Source of the DNA: Octopus sinensis
Taxonomy: Eukaryota
Length of the DNA: 64,000 nt
Assembly (NCBI RefSeq): GCF_006345805.1
Contig: NC_042997.1
Span: 207,452,001-207,516,000 of the forward strand
Reading direction: 5' to 3'
In this document: positions 48,135 through 60,394 of the stretch, in pieces
How the letters are laid out: each line of letters opens with the position of its first letter
Numbering within the stretch: the first letter of the stretch is position 1
Program-made: the position numbers and the translations under genes
Notes under the pieces: model-generated
Database searches by the model: none
What the model was told of the DNA's origin: nothing
What the model saw: the letters and a program-made list of their open reading frames with translations, nothing else

Positions 48135-48305
48135 ATATATATGTATGATGGGATTCTTCCAGTTTCTGTCTACCAGATCCACTAACAAGGCTTTGGTGGG
48201 CCTGAGACTGTAATAGGAGACACTTGCCCAAGGTGCCATGCAGTTGGACTGAACCTGGAACCTTGTGGTTGGTAAGCAAGCTATTTACCACACAGCCACT
48301 CCTGC
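48135..48305 (-). mobile_element. SINE head plus core
   Basis: Similar to 45770-45928. Confidence 0.85.
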
Positions 48306-50709
48306 TTTATAAATCCACTGGTAATAAAGCCACCCACTTAATGTAGCCAAAATGGGTTGTGACAGAATTTTTACACATAAAATCTCTTGTTTAATAAATC
48401 CAATTCTCACTGCTTCTTCTTTAAGTGTCAACAAGTGACAGGGATCAAATGAAGTTTTTTTTTTTTGGTCTTAAATACTGACAAGTAGGCTCCAACAGCC
48501 ACAGACAGCCAGCCAGCTGCTACACTCCATCATCCAAAAATAGATCAATAAATAAGTAGTAGCTGGCAGCAGCTACTGGAACCTACCACACAATCCTGTC
48601 ATTCAAGCAAAAAAGTAGAATCTGGGACATGAAATTTTTTTCCCCACAAGAGTTCCAGACCCCAGTTATGAACTCATTTGCATAAAGCTAATCAGAGCTC
48701 AACTATCAAACTAGTGTCCTCCTATTCATGAAAATACTCTGGTTGAGTTCAGTGGAAAACGTGCGTTATAGTGAAATCTAACTGTTCTAAATGGGTTAAT
48801 AGAGGTGACAAAAGTGAAATTTAGTGCATAAAGTGAATGGAGAGCTGTTCACCGATGATGCCTGCAAGTGTTGCCAATTTGTATAATTTACTAGAAAATG
48901 TAAATGAGTGTAGTTTCCTAATTTTTTGACTGATTTTCTACATTCCTAATTTAAAATGTTGGTGTTGATTTAGGAATATCGTAATCAATATGGCATTCTC
49001 TCGTATTGCACCCTCTTTGCATACATCAATGGCTACATGTAATATCACTAATCTCAGTCTGAGCATAGGTACCTAATGTTAGCTCCAGATAGAGATGGTG
49101 CTCGATTGATCTATGACGATGGAATGTGGTGCTTATGTGAGACTTATGCTGTACTCGCAGTGTGGCATACACCATTCTATCCCTGACCTGCTGTACTGTA
49201 GTAGTACACAGTATGTGGATTTTTAAGTTGAGCTCCAATTGGTTGTATGCAAATGAGTTCATTATTGAGGCCCAAAACTCTTGTGGGAAGAAAATTTTGC
49301 CTCTGGAACACCTCTTGTCAAAATTAAATGCCCTTCTCACTGGATGATGAAATGTACCACATGATAGCTGGCTGGTTGTGGCTGTTGGAACCTACCTGTC
49401 AGTATTTAAGGGTAAAAGAACATGTCATTTGCACAGAGAGGCAGACAGACACACAAGTTGTTCAAAATATTCAAAATGAAAAGAGAGAGACAGGACAAAT
49501 CTGTGGCAGAAAAGATTCAATTGTTAAAACGTTAGAAGGTTTTGGGAAAACACCTCAGCAAGGAGCAGCACAGAGTTTGGGAATTTCAAGAAGTCTGCTC
49601 CATAATTTGTTGTGAGACGCTATAAGATGGCAAAGGACTGTGTGGCCGTGATGCAACAGGAATGGAGACAAAGAAAACTTGCTTTTAATCAGAGAGGCTG
49701 GTTCACCAAGATGCTTCAAAAAGGTCAAAACGCTTCCAATACAGAACAACTTTTTTAACCAATGCTTGGATGACAGAAAAAATCTATGGAAAATGGCTCA
49801 GATCTTGGGATTGACATTTGCAGGAACCTGGAAGACAAGCGGTGGTCTTACTTGATAATTGCTCTTCTCATGTAGTCATTGATGATCTCAAGAATACCAC
49901 TTTAAAATTTCTTCCTCCTAACACAACGTCAATGCTGCAGCCCCATGACATGGGAATAATCAAGACCTTGAATGCCTACTTCAGACGTGAGAAGATCATT
50001 GCTGTGACGTTTTTGCCCAAGAAGTTGCAAAACAGATCACCATTTTGGATGCCATATACATGTTAAGCATAGAATGGAAGAAGGTCTCTAGCCAGACAAT
50101 CAAACATTGTTGGACTAAAGCTGGTTTTGTTTTGAATTAAACAAAGCCATAGATTTTAACGAAGATTTGATTCTGCCTTCACCACCAACTGGATTGACCA
50201 AAAGGCATTTTGAGAACTGATTGTCCGTAAATAAGAAGGCTGTTGTTCCTCCAGAGATCATCACCGAAGAAGAAAAACTAGGCAAGATCATTCATGACAT
50301 TCGGCAATCTGAGAAGGGAACTGAAGGAGAGTATGGTGATTCCAATGTTGATGTTGATGAAAGCATTCCAGAGCCTCCAACACCAGCTGAAATGAGACAC
50401 ACTATCTCGAATAGAAAATGGCCTTCAAAGTTTTGATTTCAGTGATATGAATCTTTTTAGAACTCTTAAAGAAAATATCAATGCAGAGTTGCAAACAAAG
50501 TGAACACCAAAGCAAACAACACTCTACAAATTTTTCATTCAATGACATTGTTTATAATGTTTTTATTTGTGTATTCACCTATGTTTGTATTTTAATAAAT
50601 ACACATGTTTAATCAATCAACGAATTTTGTTCCCTCAGTTAATAAATCCCTTGCTTCATAAATCCAAAATAGGCAGTCCCAAGACGGATTTATAAAGCAG
50701 GGTCTACTG
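48301..50709 (+). mobile_element. Degenerate pogo/Tigger DNA transposon
   Basis: Right TIR GGATTTATAAAGCAGGGTCTACTG|TA; left TIR remnant CCTGCTTTATAAATCC at 48301. DDE_1 motif LLDNCSSH...FLPPNTTSMLQP.DMGIIK. Confidence 0.85.
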
Positions 50710-50774
50710 TATTTTTATGCTTTTGGGTTTTATTATTGAATTCCCAGATGTTTTAGATATGTATTTATGTTCAT

Positions 50775-51460
50775 CACCATCATAATCATCATCGTTTAAT
50801 GTCTGTTTTCCATGCTGGCATGGGTTTGACGGTTTGACTGGAGAATGGCAAGCCAGGAGGCTGCACCAGGCTCCCATCTGATCTGGTAATGTTTCTACAG
50901 CTGGATGCCCTTCCTAATGCCAACCACTCCGAGAGTGTAGTGGGTGCTTTCTACATGCCACTAGCATGGGAGCCAGTCAGGCAGCACTGGCAGCGGCCAT
51001 GTTTGTATGGTGCTTTTTATGTATCACCAGCACAGGATCCAGTCAGGGTGGGGGCTGGCATCAACCACATTCAGATGTGCTCTTTATATGCCATTGGCAA
51101 AGGGAGCCAGTCAGGTGGCACTGGCATTGTTCCACACATGAATGGTGTTTATTGCTTGCTGGTGATGAGACACTGGTATCAACCACACCTACAATTTCCC
51201 TTTTGATTTTATTTGATTCAATAGGTCTTCTCAAGTGTGGCATGCTGGCTGTCAATTCAAAGGTACTTTTTAAATGGACTGATGTAAGCTACAGCTGTGA
51301 TCTCAATTTACTTGCCAGGTCTTCTCAATCACAGCATATCTCTAAAGGTCTCGGTCTTTAGTCATTGCCTCTGTGAAGCCCAATGTTCGAAGGTTGTGCT
51401 TCACCACTTCATCCCATGTCTTCCTGGGTCTCCTCTTCTGCAGGCTCCTTCTACTGTTAG
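50775..51460 (-). mobile_element. RTE 3' end
   Basis: Reverse 3' UTR and ORF end (RPRKTWDEVVKH). Confidence 0.88.
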
Positions 51461-51615
51461 GGAGTGACACACGGGAGTTTTATAAAGTTGTTTGACCAAC
51501 TGTTTATTATATTCTTTTGAATTTATTTTCTTTGTCTCAATTTTACCTGAGCATTTCTACTTGCAGCCCTATATTTTTTTCAGTTTCTATTAAAAAGGTG
51601 AAATTATAAAAGTTA

Positions 51616-51664
<49 letters not shown>

Positions 51665-51666
<2 letters not shown>

Positions 51667-51975
51667 GGAGTGGCTACGTGGTGCATTGTGAGTGGATTTG
51701 GTAGACGGAAACTGAAAGAAGTCTGTCGTATATATGTATATATATATATATATACATGTGTGTGTGTGTGTTTGTGTGACTGTGTTTGTCACCCCAACAT
51801 TGCTTGACAACCAATGCTGGTGTGTTTACGTCCCCATAACTTAACGGTTCGGCAAAAGAGACCAATAGAATAAGTACTAGGCTTACAAAGAATAAGTCCT
51901 GGGATCGATTTGCTCGACTAAAGGCGGTGCTCCAGCATGGCCACAAACAAATAACTGAAACAAGTAAAAGAGTAC
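51665..51975 (+). mobile_element. Internally deleted CORE-type SINE
   Basis: Head GGAGTGGCTACGTGG joined directly to GTGAGTGGATTTGGTAGACGG, then the full tail. Confidence 0.85.
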
Positions 51976-51989
51976 AGAGAGAGAGAGAG

Positions 51990-52625
51990 TATCATCATCA
52001 TCATCATCATTTAGCGTCCGTTTTCCATGCTAGCATGGGTTGGACGGTTCAACTGGGGTCTGTGAAGCTGGAAGGCTTCATCAGGCCCAGTCAGATCTGG
52101 CAGTGTTTCTACGGCTGGATGCCCTTCCTAACGCCAACCACTCCGGGAGTGTAGTGGGTGCTTTTTACGTGCTACCCACACAGGTGCCAGACAGAGCCGG
52201 CAAACGGCCACGAACAGATGGTGCTTTTACGTGTCACTGGCACGGGGGCCAGGCGAGGCTGGCAACGGACACGAATGGATGGTGCTTTTACGTGCCACCA
52301 ATACGGGGGCCAGACAGAGCTGGCAAACGGCCACGAAACGGATGGTGCTTTTACGTGTCACCGGCACGGGGGCCAGGCGAGGCTGGCAACGAACACGAAC
52401 GGATGGTGCTTTTACGTGCCACCGACATGGGGGCCAGACAGGGCTGGCAAACGGCCACAAATGGATGGTGCTTTTACGTGTCACCTGCACAGGGGCCCTG
52501 ATGTTGATCGACCTCAATTTGGTTCTGCTTTCTGATATATGTATTGATTTGGTTTGATTTTGATTTTGACTGTTCTCGCTGGTCTTGCCGGGTTTTCTCA
52601 CGCACAGCATACTTCCAAAGGTCTC

Positions 52626-52627
<2 letters not shown>
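51990..52627 (-). mobile_element. RTE 3' end with an expanded ~62-bp tandem repeat
   Basis: Six GTGCTTTT anchors at ~52158, 52221, 52282, 52345, 52406 and 52468. Confidence 0.9.
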
Positions 52628-52678
<51 letters not shown>

Positions 52679-52729
52679 ATAATAAATCTCTGAATGAGGT
52701 ATAAACAGTAACTGCACGACAATGTGAGG

Positions 52730-52761
<32 letters not shown>

Positions 52762-53879
52762 TATATTACAAGTAAAATATATAAACAAAACAGCAGAAGT
52801 GAAAGTCCTAAAAATGTGCAAAGAGGGAGCATAGCATCAGGTATACATACATTATATGCACATTGAGTGAGTGGAACAGGTAAGATGCAGGCTGTGCATG
52901 TTTTTAGCAAACTGATTGTCTGATGTAATACCTACTCAACAATGGATGCTCAACTTCTGGCTGAGATTACCAAAATTAGATGGAAGTTACATTGTCATTT
53001 GGAATATCCAAATTAACTCATCACAGATGTAAGCTGGTCTGAACCAGAAAAGCCAGTAATACAGAATAAAAATAGAAAGGGTAAGAATGGAAAAGATGGG
53101 GTCAAATATGTGGGAGTGGGAGTTGTATAGAGTTGATGAGAATGAAGATGGCTGAAGAAAGAGAAGAGACAAATGAGCAAATAGTTCATGTTGTTAAGGG
53201 GAAAAACTAGTAAAATGAACATCCGTTGTTGAGTGACTATTACGTCAGGCAATCAGTTTGCTAAGAAGCATATCCAGCTAGCAATTAACCTGTTCCCCTC
53301 CCACAATGAAGATTTTTATTTGCTTTTGTAGCAATTCTGGTTACTAACTGTGAGCTATATAGAAACTATCAGTTTATTGAATTTCTTCATAACTTCAATA
53401 TAGGGAAACAGAGTCAAACCTTTGATGCCAATAAATTATTATTTTTCCTCATCGTAACAACCTCCACTTTTTGTTATCTATAGCTGCCATGAACTACCTG
53501 AAGCTTACAAACTTCCTACACTCAGATCCCCGGTCCTTTTGTGTATTTATATACATATATAGGCACGGGAGTAGCTGTGTGGTAAATTAATGGAGCTTGG
53601 TTAGGAAGTGATATCACACCCACCATATAGCCCTGTCCTTTCATCATCAGATTACCATTTATTTCAAAGTTTTTAAAATTCTTTGAATGGTAAAAGTTTC
53701 AATAATGAAAAGCAGGGGCAAATTACGCCAATCTAATCTACAAAAAAATAAAATATTTTGCATTTTATACAGAGTATTCAGAATAACCTTCATAGTTTTT
53801 TTTTTAATTAGATGCATATGTTGCCATAAAAGGAAAATGTTACTATTGATCTAGTTTATTCAAGGTAGGCAGTGCCTAG

Positions 53880-54560
53880 CGAGGCAGCATATCCTTGAAA
53901 GCCTACACAGCAATCAAGTCCAGTAGTGACTTGAAATATTCAAACGGGGTTAATTCTCCTAATTATCTACCCAGCAATGTCAGCAGAAACTTCCAGAATG
54001 AGTTCCATGTCAGTTGACAGATGTGTGTCATTGAAACTCTGCAAGCATTTAATAGTTCCAAACACTTTATCAGAAAAGATCTATTAAAAGCCTGTCCCCT
54101 GCCAATATTTGCCACTGAACATGTTTGGGTGGCATTTTGTGGAACACCACTCGTCCACTCACCCCATATCCATATTCAGCAAACACATCCAAATCTAATT
54201 CCAAAAGATGATAAAAGAGTCAGTGAGAGAGGGTCGTTTGAGATATCTAAATGGAGTTACCTCTGTGATGGTACCACTGCTAGTTTATCAGATTTCTGTA
54301 CAGTTATTAAATGTCCCTTAACCAATTTCTAGGCCGTAGCAGACATTGAATATTTCAATGAGAGTTAACAACACTGGATTGATTATCTCAGTATATCTAT
54401 AATTGATAAACTCAGAATGGTGATTGCTAGGCCTGGTGTTCGCTTGTTGATATTTCTGTCCAGTCTTGCAGACTCTCCACTATACCCAGTCCTTCTTCCC
54501 CATAACATTACCCCTCTGGAATTCCACCCTTTCTCTTATCTTTCCTGCCCTATTTTCATT
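53880..54560 (+). mobile_element. Old CR1/L2-group LINE 3' remnant
   Basis: SSDLKYSN.V and terminal SFFPITLPLWNS, resembling the SFFPRT..WN.L motif. Confidence 0.6.
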
Positions 54561-54859
54561 TACAAAGGTTCAAGAGGAACATTGATGGATGGGGACAGAC
54601 CCTTCCTCCCAATCCAAATAAAAGTGTTGGTTCCACAATAATAAGATACACCTGGTTTACTCTAGAGCAGAAGATGTTAGGAAGGGGACCTGGCAGTAGA
54701 AACGATGCCAAACATGGAATGTGTGAGCAACATGACATCCTCTCTGTGTGAGAAAGGATTCTAAACAGCAATCAATGTGGAGAGTGACTGTCCAGCTCAG
54801 GACAATAGGAAGGGTGGGTAGAGGACACTACTATTGCCACTTTGAGAATATGTACTTAC

Positions 54860-55037
54860 CATTTTTACCACAAGAGCTATGGTTGAAACCATATTTATTT
54901 ATTCTCTCAACACATTCTGCAGTAGTACCATGCCAAAGGCCATCAACTTCAATTTTAACCTTAGGATTTTCTGCCTCATATTGTTTTTTCAATGCTTTGT
55001 ATCTCTGGTATAATGTTTTATTTTGAATTCTCTCAAT
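54860..55037 (-). CDS. PARP14/15-like, catalytic-domain exon (178 bp, phase 0 to 1)
   Basis: ttttctacag|IERIQNKTLYQRYKALKKQYEAENPKVKIEVDGLWHGTTAECVERINKYGFNHSSCGKN-G|gtaagt. Confidence 0.95.
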
Positions 55038-55425
55038 CTGTAGAAAAGGAAAATACATTTATGAAAAAACAATCAGTTCACTTCTTTGACAAGGAAATAA
55101 CGTTTGTGGTGAAAAACCCCAACCCTATCTGCTTTTTTTTTTCTTTTTTATTTGATACCAATTTTGATTCGGCTGTAAATTTTGGTAAGGCATAATAGTT
55201 TAGCTGCAAAATGGTGTTGCATTTACAATTCAATGCAAGAAGTTAAAGCAGAGGTATTTTTGTTGAGCAAAGATTTCTTGTGAATATCCAAAAACACATA
55301 GAACCATCCCAAAATAGGTTCATACAATGAGATTTAAGTCTTTTATACAAACAAAATGTCTCTTAACATTTTGTTTTAACAATAAACCATCAAATATTGT
55401 TTATAACAGAAGTAAAAATACAAAC

Positions 55426-55559
55426 TTTGATTATACGATAGGAAGGCAAATTCCGACAGAAAGTGGCCTGGATGTCGTCATATTCTGGTCCCTTTGTGAC
55501 TTTAACAATTTTAATTAATCCCTTGTCATTCATTGGTGACCATGTAACAGGGACCGATT
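55426..55559 (-). CDS. PARP14/15-like exon (134 bp, phase 1 to 0) preceding the catalytic exon
   Basis: gaactctag|..SVPVTWSPMNDKGLIKIVKVTKGPEYDDIQATFCRNLPSYRIIK|gtttgt. Matches the P..W.PM...EY..V...F...I.K motif and joins in frame to IERIQN. Confidence 0.88.
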
Positions 55560-55783
55560 CTAGAGTTCAAACAGAAATCAAATATTTCAGAAGAAAATTA
55601 AAATTATGAACCCTTTTTATGTTGAAAGTTTAGAAAAACCCCCAGGAGTATTTAGATAAATTTTTTGGGTTTTGAAAGGAAATACTGAATTACTAAACAA
55701 GCACTGTAGTTTTGTAGTAGTACTAGTAGTAGTGGTAGTGATGGAAGTGTTAGTGGGTGTGGTGATAAAACAAAGCAGACATT

Positions 55784-56682
55784 AGGCGCAGGAGTGGCTA
55801 TGTGGTAAGTAGCTTGCTAACCAACCACATGGTTCCGGGTTCAGTCCCACTGTGTAGCATCTTGGGCAAGTGTCTTCTGCTAGAGCCCCGGGCCGACCAA
55901 TGCCTTGTGAGTGGATTTGGTAAACGGAAACTGAAAGAAGCCTGTCATATATATGTATATATATATATTATATTAAATTAGAAATAAAACCACTATTAGG
56001 CAAATCAAACAGTGAAAAACATAAGCCAATACATAAAATTAATTTAAAAATATAAAAGTTAAACATAAAAAAATTATTAAAATAATTTAAACTTATAAAT
56101 TTTAAATATATATATACAAATATATATATGTATGTATATTTTTATATTTATATATTATTTTGTTTACTAATTTATTTATTTATTTATTTATTTTATTTAT
56201 TAATTTTTATTTATTTATGTATATATATTTTTTTTATATAAATATCAAAAGTATTAAAAGTTTAATAAAAGATAAAGAGTAAAACACTACGATCATTTCA
56301 TGGCTGTACCAATTCGAATAACAATAATTTAAATTCAGTTAATAATTCGAGTTATGGTTACAGTCAATCTTCAGGTTAATTGAAATATTTTAAAAATAAT
56401 CAGAAATATTTAAACAATATTTTTAAGATATAAATAATATAATAATTTTACTTATACTAAACTCTATTATCAAACTAGAAACTTAAAACTTAATAATTGT
56501 GATTATATCAAAATCGATTATAATGTTAAATATTAATTTTAATTTTTAAGGTAAGAAACCCACCGATAATCTAATGTCAGTAATAGTCTATATCTAATTA
56601 CATATATATTTTTTTTTAAAAATGACTATTATATATAAAAAAATTATCAATGGATATATATAAATGTATATATATAAAAATG

Positions 56683-56779
<97 letters not shown>

Positions 56780-57010
56780 GTGTGTGTGTGCTTGTGTGTC
56801 TGTATTTGTACCCCTAGCATTGCTTGACAACCGATGCTGGTGTGTTTACATCCCCGTCACTTAGCGGTTCGGCAAAAGAGACCGATAGAATAAGTACTGG
56901 GCTTACAAAGAATAAGTCCCGGGGTCGATTTGCTCGACTAAAGGCGGTGCTCCAGCATGGCCGCAGTCAAATGACTGAAACAAGTAAAAGAGTATAATAG
57001 AGAGTATAAA
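55784..57010 (+). mobile_element. CORE-type SINE split at its internal (TA)n (head 55784-55950, tail ~56790-57010)
   Basis: Head and tail match 45570-45928; the intervening DNA is pLTR-like. Confidence 0.85.
55975..56600. mobile_element. PLE pseudo-LTR-derived AT-rich insertion
   Basis: Starts AATTAGAAATAAAACCACTATTAGGCAAATCAAACAGTGAAAAACATAAGCC, as at ~20030 and ~7805. Confidence 0.7.
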
Positions 57011-57129
57011 AGAGTATTAAAGCACAATACAGTCCTTGCACCTACATCAAACCATCCAACCTATGCTGGCATGGAAAACAGATGTTACAAGATTATGATG
57101 ATGATGATGTTGATGATATTATATATATA

Positions 57130-58275
57130 TATCATCATCATCATTATCATCGTTTAATGTCCGCTTTCCCTGCTGGTATAGGTTGGATGATTTGACTGAG
57201 GACTGGCGAGCCAGATGGCTGCACGAGGGTCCAGTCTGATCTGGCAGTGTTTCTACAGCTGGATGCCCTTCCTAATGCCAACTACTCTGAGAGTGTAGTA
57301 GGTGCTTTTAAGTACCACTGGAATGACGGCCAGGCAGGCGGTACTGGCAATGGCCACGTTCAGATGATGCTTTTTACGTGCCACCTGCACAGGAACCAGT
57401 CCAACAGCACTGGCAACAACCTTGCTCAAATGTTTTTTCACATGCCACCGGCACAAGTGTCAGTGAGGTGATGCTGGTAATAATCACACTCGAATGGTGC
57501 TTTCTACGTGCCACCAGCATAGAAGCCAGTTAGCTGCTCTGTCAATGATCACGCTCAGATGGTACTCTTAGTGCTCCACTAGCATGGATGCCAATCATGC
57601 GGTGCTGTCATCGAATTTGATTTTGATTTTGATTTCACTTGCCTCAACAGGTCTTTGCAAGTAAAGTTTAGTGTCCAAGAAAGGAAAGGTACACATAAGT
57701 GGGCTGGTTACACCCCTAGCATAGGTCTCACTTGGTTTGTTGGGTCTTCTCACGTATAGCATATTTCCAAAAGTCGGTGAGGCCCAATGTTCAGAGGTCA
57801 TGCTTCACCACCTCGTCCCAGGTTTTCCTGGGTCTGCCTCTTCCACAGGTTATCTCAACCGCATGGGTGTGACACTTTTTCACACAGCTATCCTCATCCA
57901 TTCTTGCCACATGACCATACCAGTGAAGTCATCTCTCTTGCACACCACATCTGATGCTTCATAGGTCCAACTTTTCTCTCAAGGTACCTACACTCTGTCG
58001 AGTATGCACACTGACATTACACATCCATTGGAGCATACTGGCTTCATTCCTTGCGAGCTTACGCATGTCCTCAGCAGTCACGGCCCATGTTTCACTGCCA
58101 TGTAGTATGGCTGTTCATACACATGCGTCATACAGTCTGCCTTTTATTCTGAGCAAGAGGCCTTTTGTCACCAGCAGAGGTAAGAGCTCTCTGAACTTTG
58201 CCCAAGCTATTCTTATTCTAGCCGCTACACTTTCAGAGCACCCACCCCCGTTACTAACTTGGTCACCTAGGTAAC
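57130..58275 (-). mobile_element. RTE 3' half
   Basis: Reverse of GDQVS..IAWAKFRELL through the 3' UTR and tail. Confidence 0.9.
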
Positions 58276-58277
58276 AG

Positions 58278-58975
58278 AATGGTCATGTGGCAAGAATGGA
58301 TGAAGATAATTGTGTGAAAAAGTGTCACACCCTAGCGGTTGAGGGAACCTGTGGAAGAGGTAGACCCAGGAAAACCTGGGACGAGGTGGTGAAGCACAAC
58401 CTTCGAACTTTAGGTCTCACCAAGGAAATGACTAGAGACCGAGACCTTTGGAAGTATGCTGTGCGTGAGAAGACCCGGCAAGAAAAGTGAGACCATAACC
58501 AATGGCCTCTACCTGGGATGTAGCCAGTCCACTAATGCATACCTTCCCTTCTTGGGACACTAAACTCTACTTGTGAAGACCTGTTGAGCCAAGTGAAAAT
58601 CAAATCAAAAATCGAAATCGATCAACATCAATGGAATTTGTAGCTGTGATACCAGTGCTGGTGGCACATAAGAGAACCATCCGAATGTGGCCATTGCCAG
58701 CGTCGCCCCGACTGGCCTCGTGCAGGTGGCACGTAAAAAGCAGCATCTGATCGTGGCCATTTGCCAGCCTTGCCTGGCACCTGTGCCAGTGGCACATAAA
58801 AAGCACCCACTACACTCACGGAGTGGTTGGCATTAGGAAGGGCATCCAGCCGTAGAAACATTGCCAGATCAGACTGGGCCTGGTGCAGCCTTCTGGCTTT
58901 CCAGATCCCAGTTGAACCATCCAACCCATGCTAGCATGGAAAGCGGATGCTAAACGATGATGATGATGATGATGA
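58278..58975 (+). mobile_element. RTE 3' end, head-to-head with the previous copy
   Basis: ARMDEDNCVKKCHTLAVEGTCGRGRPRKTW, then 3' UTR and (GAT)n. Confidence 0.92.
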
Positions 58976-60014
58976 TATATATTTGCATATAATGTTTGAA
59001 GTGGTGCACAGATTTTATGTATTAAGAAAAAGTCAAAATTCTGGATAATATATAGAAAGAAGAAAGGAAAGTTTTCTTTCTCCTTCTTTCTTCTTATCTT
59101 TTTCAATCCTCTCTTTCATTCTAACTTTTTTATTTCTATCATCCATTTTTCTGTCTAATGTTATGAAATGATAAATTATAATGTGAAGTAAACAGGAAAA
59201 CAGTTTTCATGCTGCACTGGAAGGATGAAGTCCATTATTAAAATGGGGGACGCTATAGTCATTAGCCAAAACTGTGAAACTAGGACAAATTGGCTAGACC
59301 CTGGCAAACTTTATAAATAGAGATAATTTTACCCTCCAGTTTTTTTGTGATAGTTTATTCTGTGAGACAAAGTTGTTCAATTGGATTCTGGAAGCTATGA
59401 TTGCCTGTTTAGTTTATGTCAGATTTAAAATAATTTCTGTGTTACATCTGGGTCAAAGGTTCGAAATCAAAGGTTGAACAACGAATTGATAGAAGACAGA
59501 CTTAATGATATTCCAAGGTTCAAAATCCAAGGTTGAACACTGAATTTGTGAAGAAAGATTGTATGAAGTCAAGGTTCAAAATCCACTTTTGAAATCCAAG
59601 GTTCGAAAACTGAATTTGTACTAAAATCCAAAATTATGAAATCCAAACTTTTTGGAATACATATTTTTGAAAAACCAATTTTGTGTGAGCTGTTTTTTAT
59701 GCTGACTGTTAATAATACTTTACAAAAAAATTTCATGGTGCGGTGTTGTTTTGGGTTCACCCTATCCTTGTTGATTCTGTAAATTCGGGTTAACACTAAT
59801 CAAGCCTCCAAAAATTCACCACACACATACACAGATTCAAAATAAAAAAGAACCTTCTCTTTCCAATTCAACTCCAGATGAGCACCATTATACACCACAC
59901 AGTTTAGCAATGATCACCTCATTCAAATTTCCATTTATTTTGATATGGGGCAAAATGTATAATATGCTGGTTAATAAACTTTGTTGATTGTATATTATCC
60001 CCCTTTTGTCACCT

Positions 60015-60200
60015 TTCATCATCATCATCATTTAATGTTTGTTTTCCATGTTGGTATGGGTTGAATGATTTAACTGACAACTGGTAAGCTGGGCAACTGT
60101 ACCAGGTTCTAATCTGAGTTGGCATGGTATCTAAAGCTGGATGCCCTTCCTAATGCCAACCACTCCCTGAGTGTAGTGGGTGCTTTTATGTGCACATCTA
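60015..60200 (-). mobile_element. RTE tail fragment
   Basis: (ATC)n plus reverse 3' UTR. Confidence 0.8.
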
Positions 60201-60394
60201 TGATCTCAGCTTGATAGGTCTTCACAAGCATGGCATATTGCCAAAGGGATCACCTATACAAGCTGCAGCCATGTTTGATGCTTGTTAACGTTCTCTGCTA
60301 AGATTTTTAAGGATCACACTACTCTATCACTTGCTATATGTGTGTGTGTGTGTGTGTGTAAGTATCATGTAGTCACCTGTATAGTTAATCAGGT

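Noticed and set aside
54140-54200. Minus-strand EYGYGV as the next PARP exon
   Set aside because: No suitable acceptor and no downstream PARP motifs. The region is better explained as a + strand CR1 remnant, and the true exon is at 34800.
57130-58975. Twin-priming inversion of a single RTE
   Set aside because: Both halves have their own 3' UTR and tail and differ in sequence, so two independent head-to-head insertions fit better.
59000-60000. Further upstream PARP exons (WWE or macro domains)
   Set aside because: No open segment with convincing splice sites and recognisable motifs was found by eye; they may lie beyond the window.
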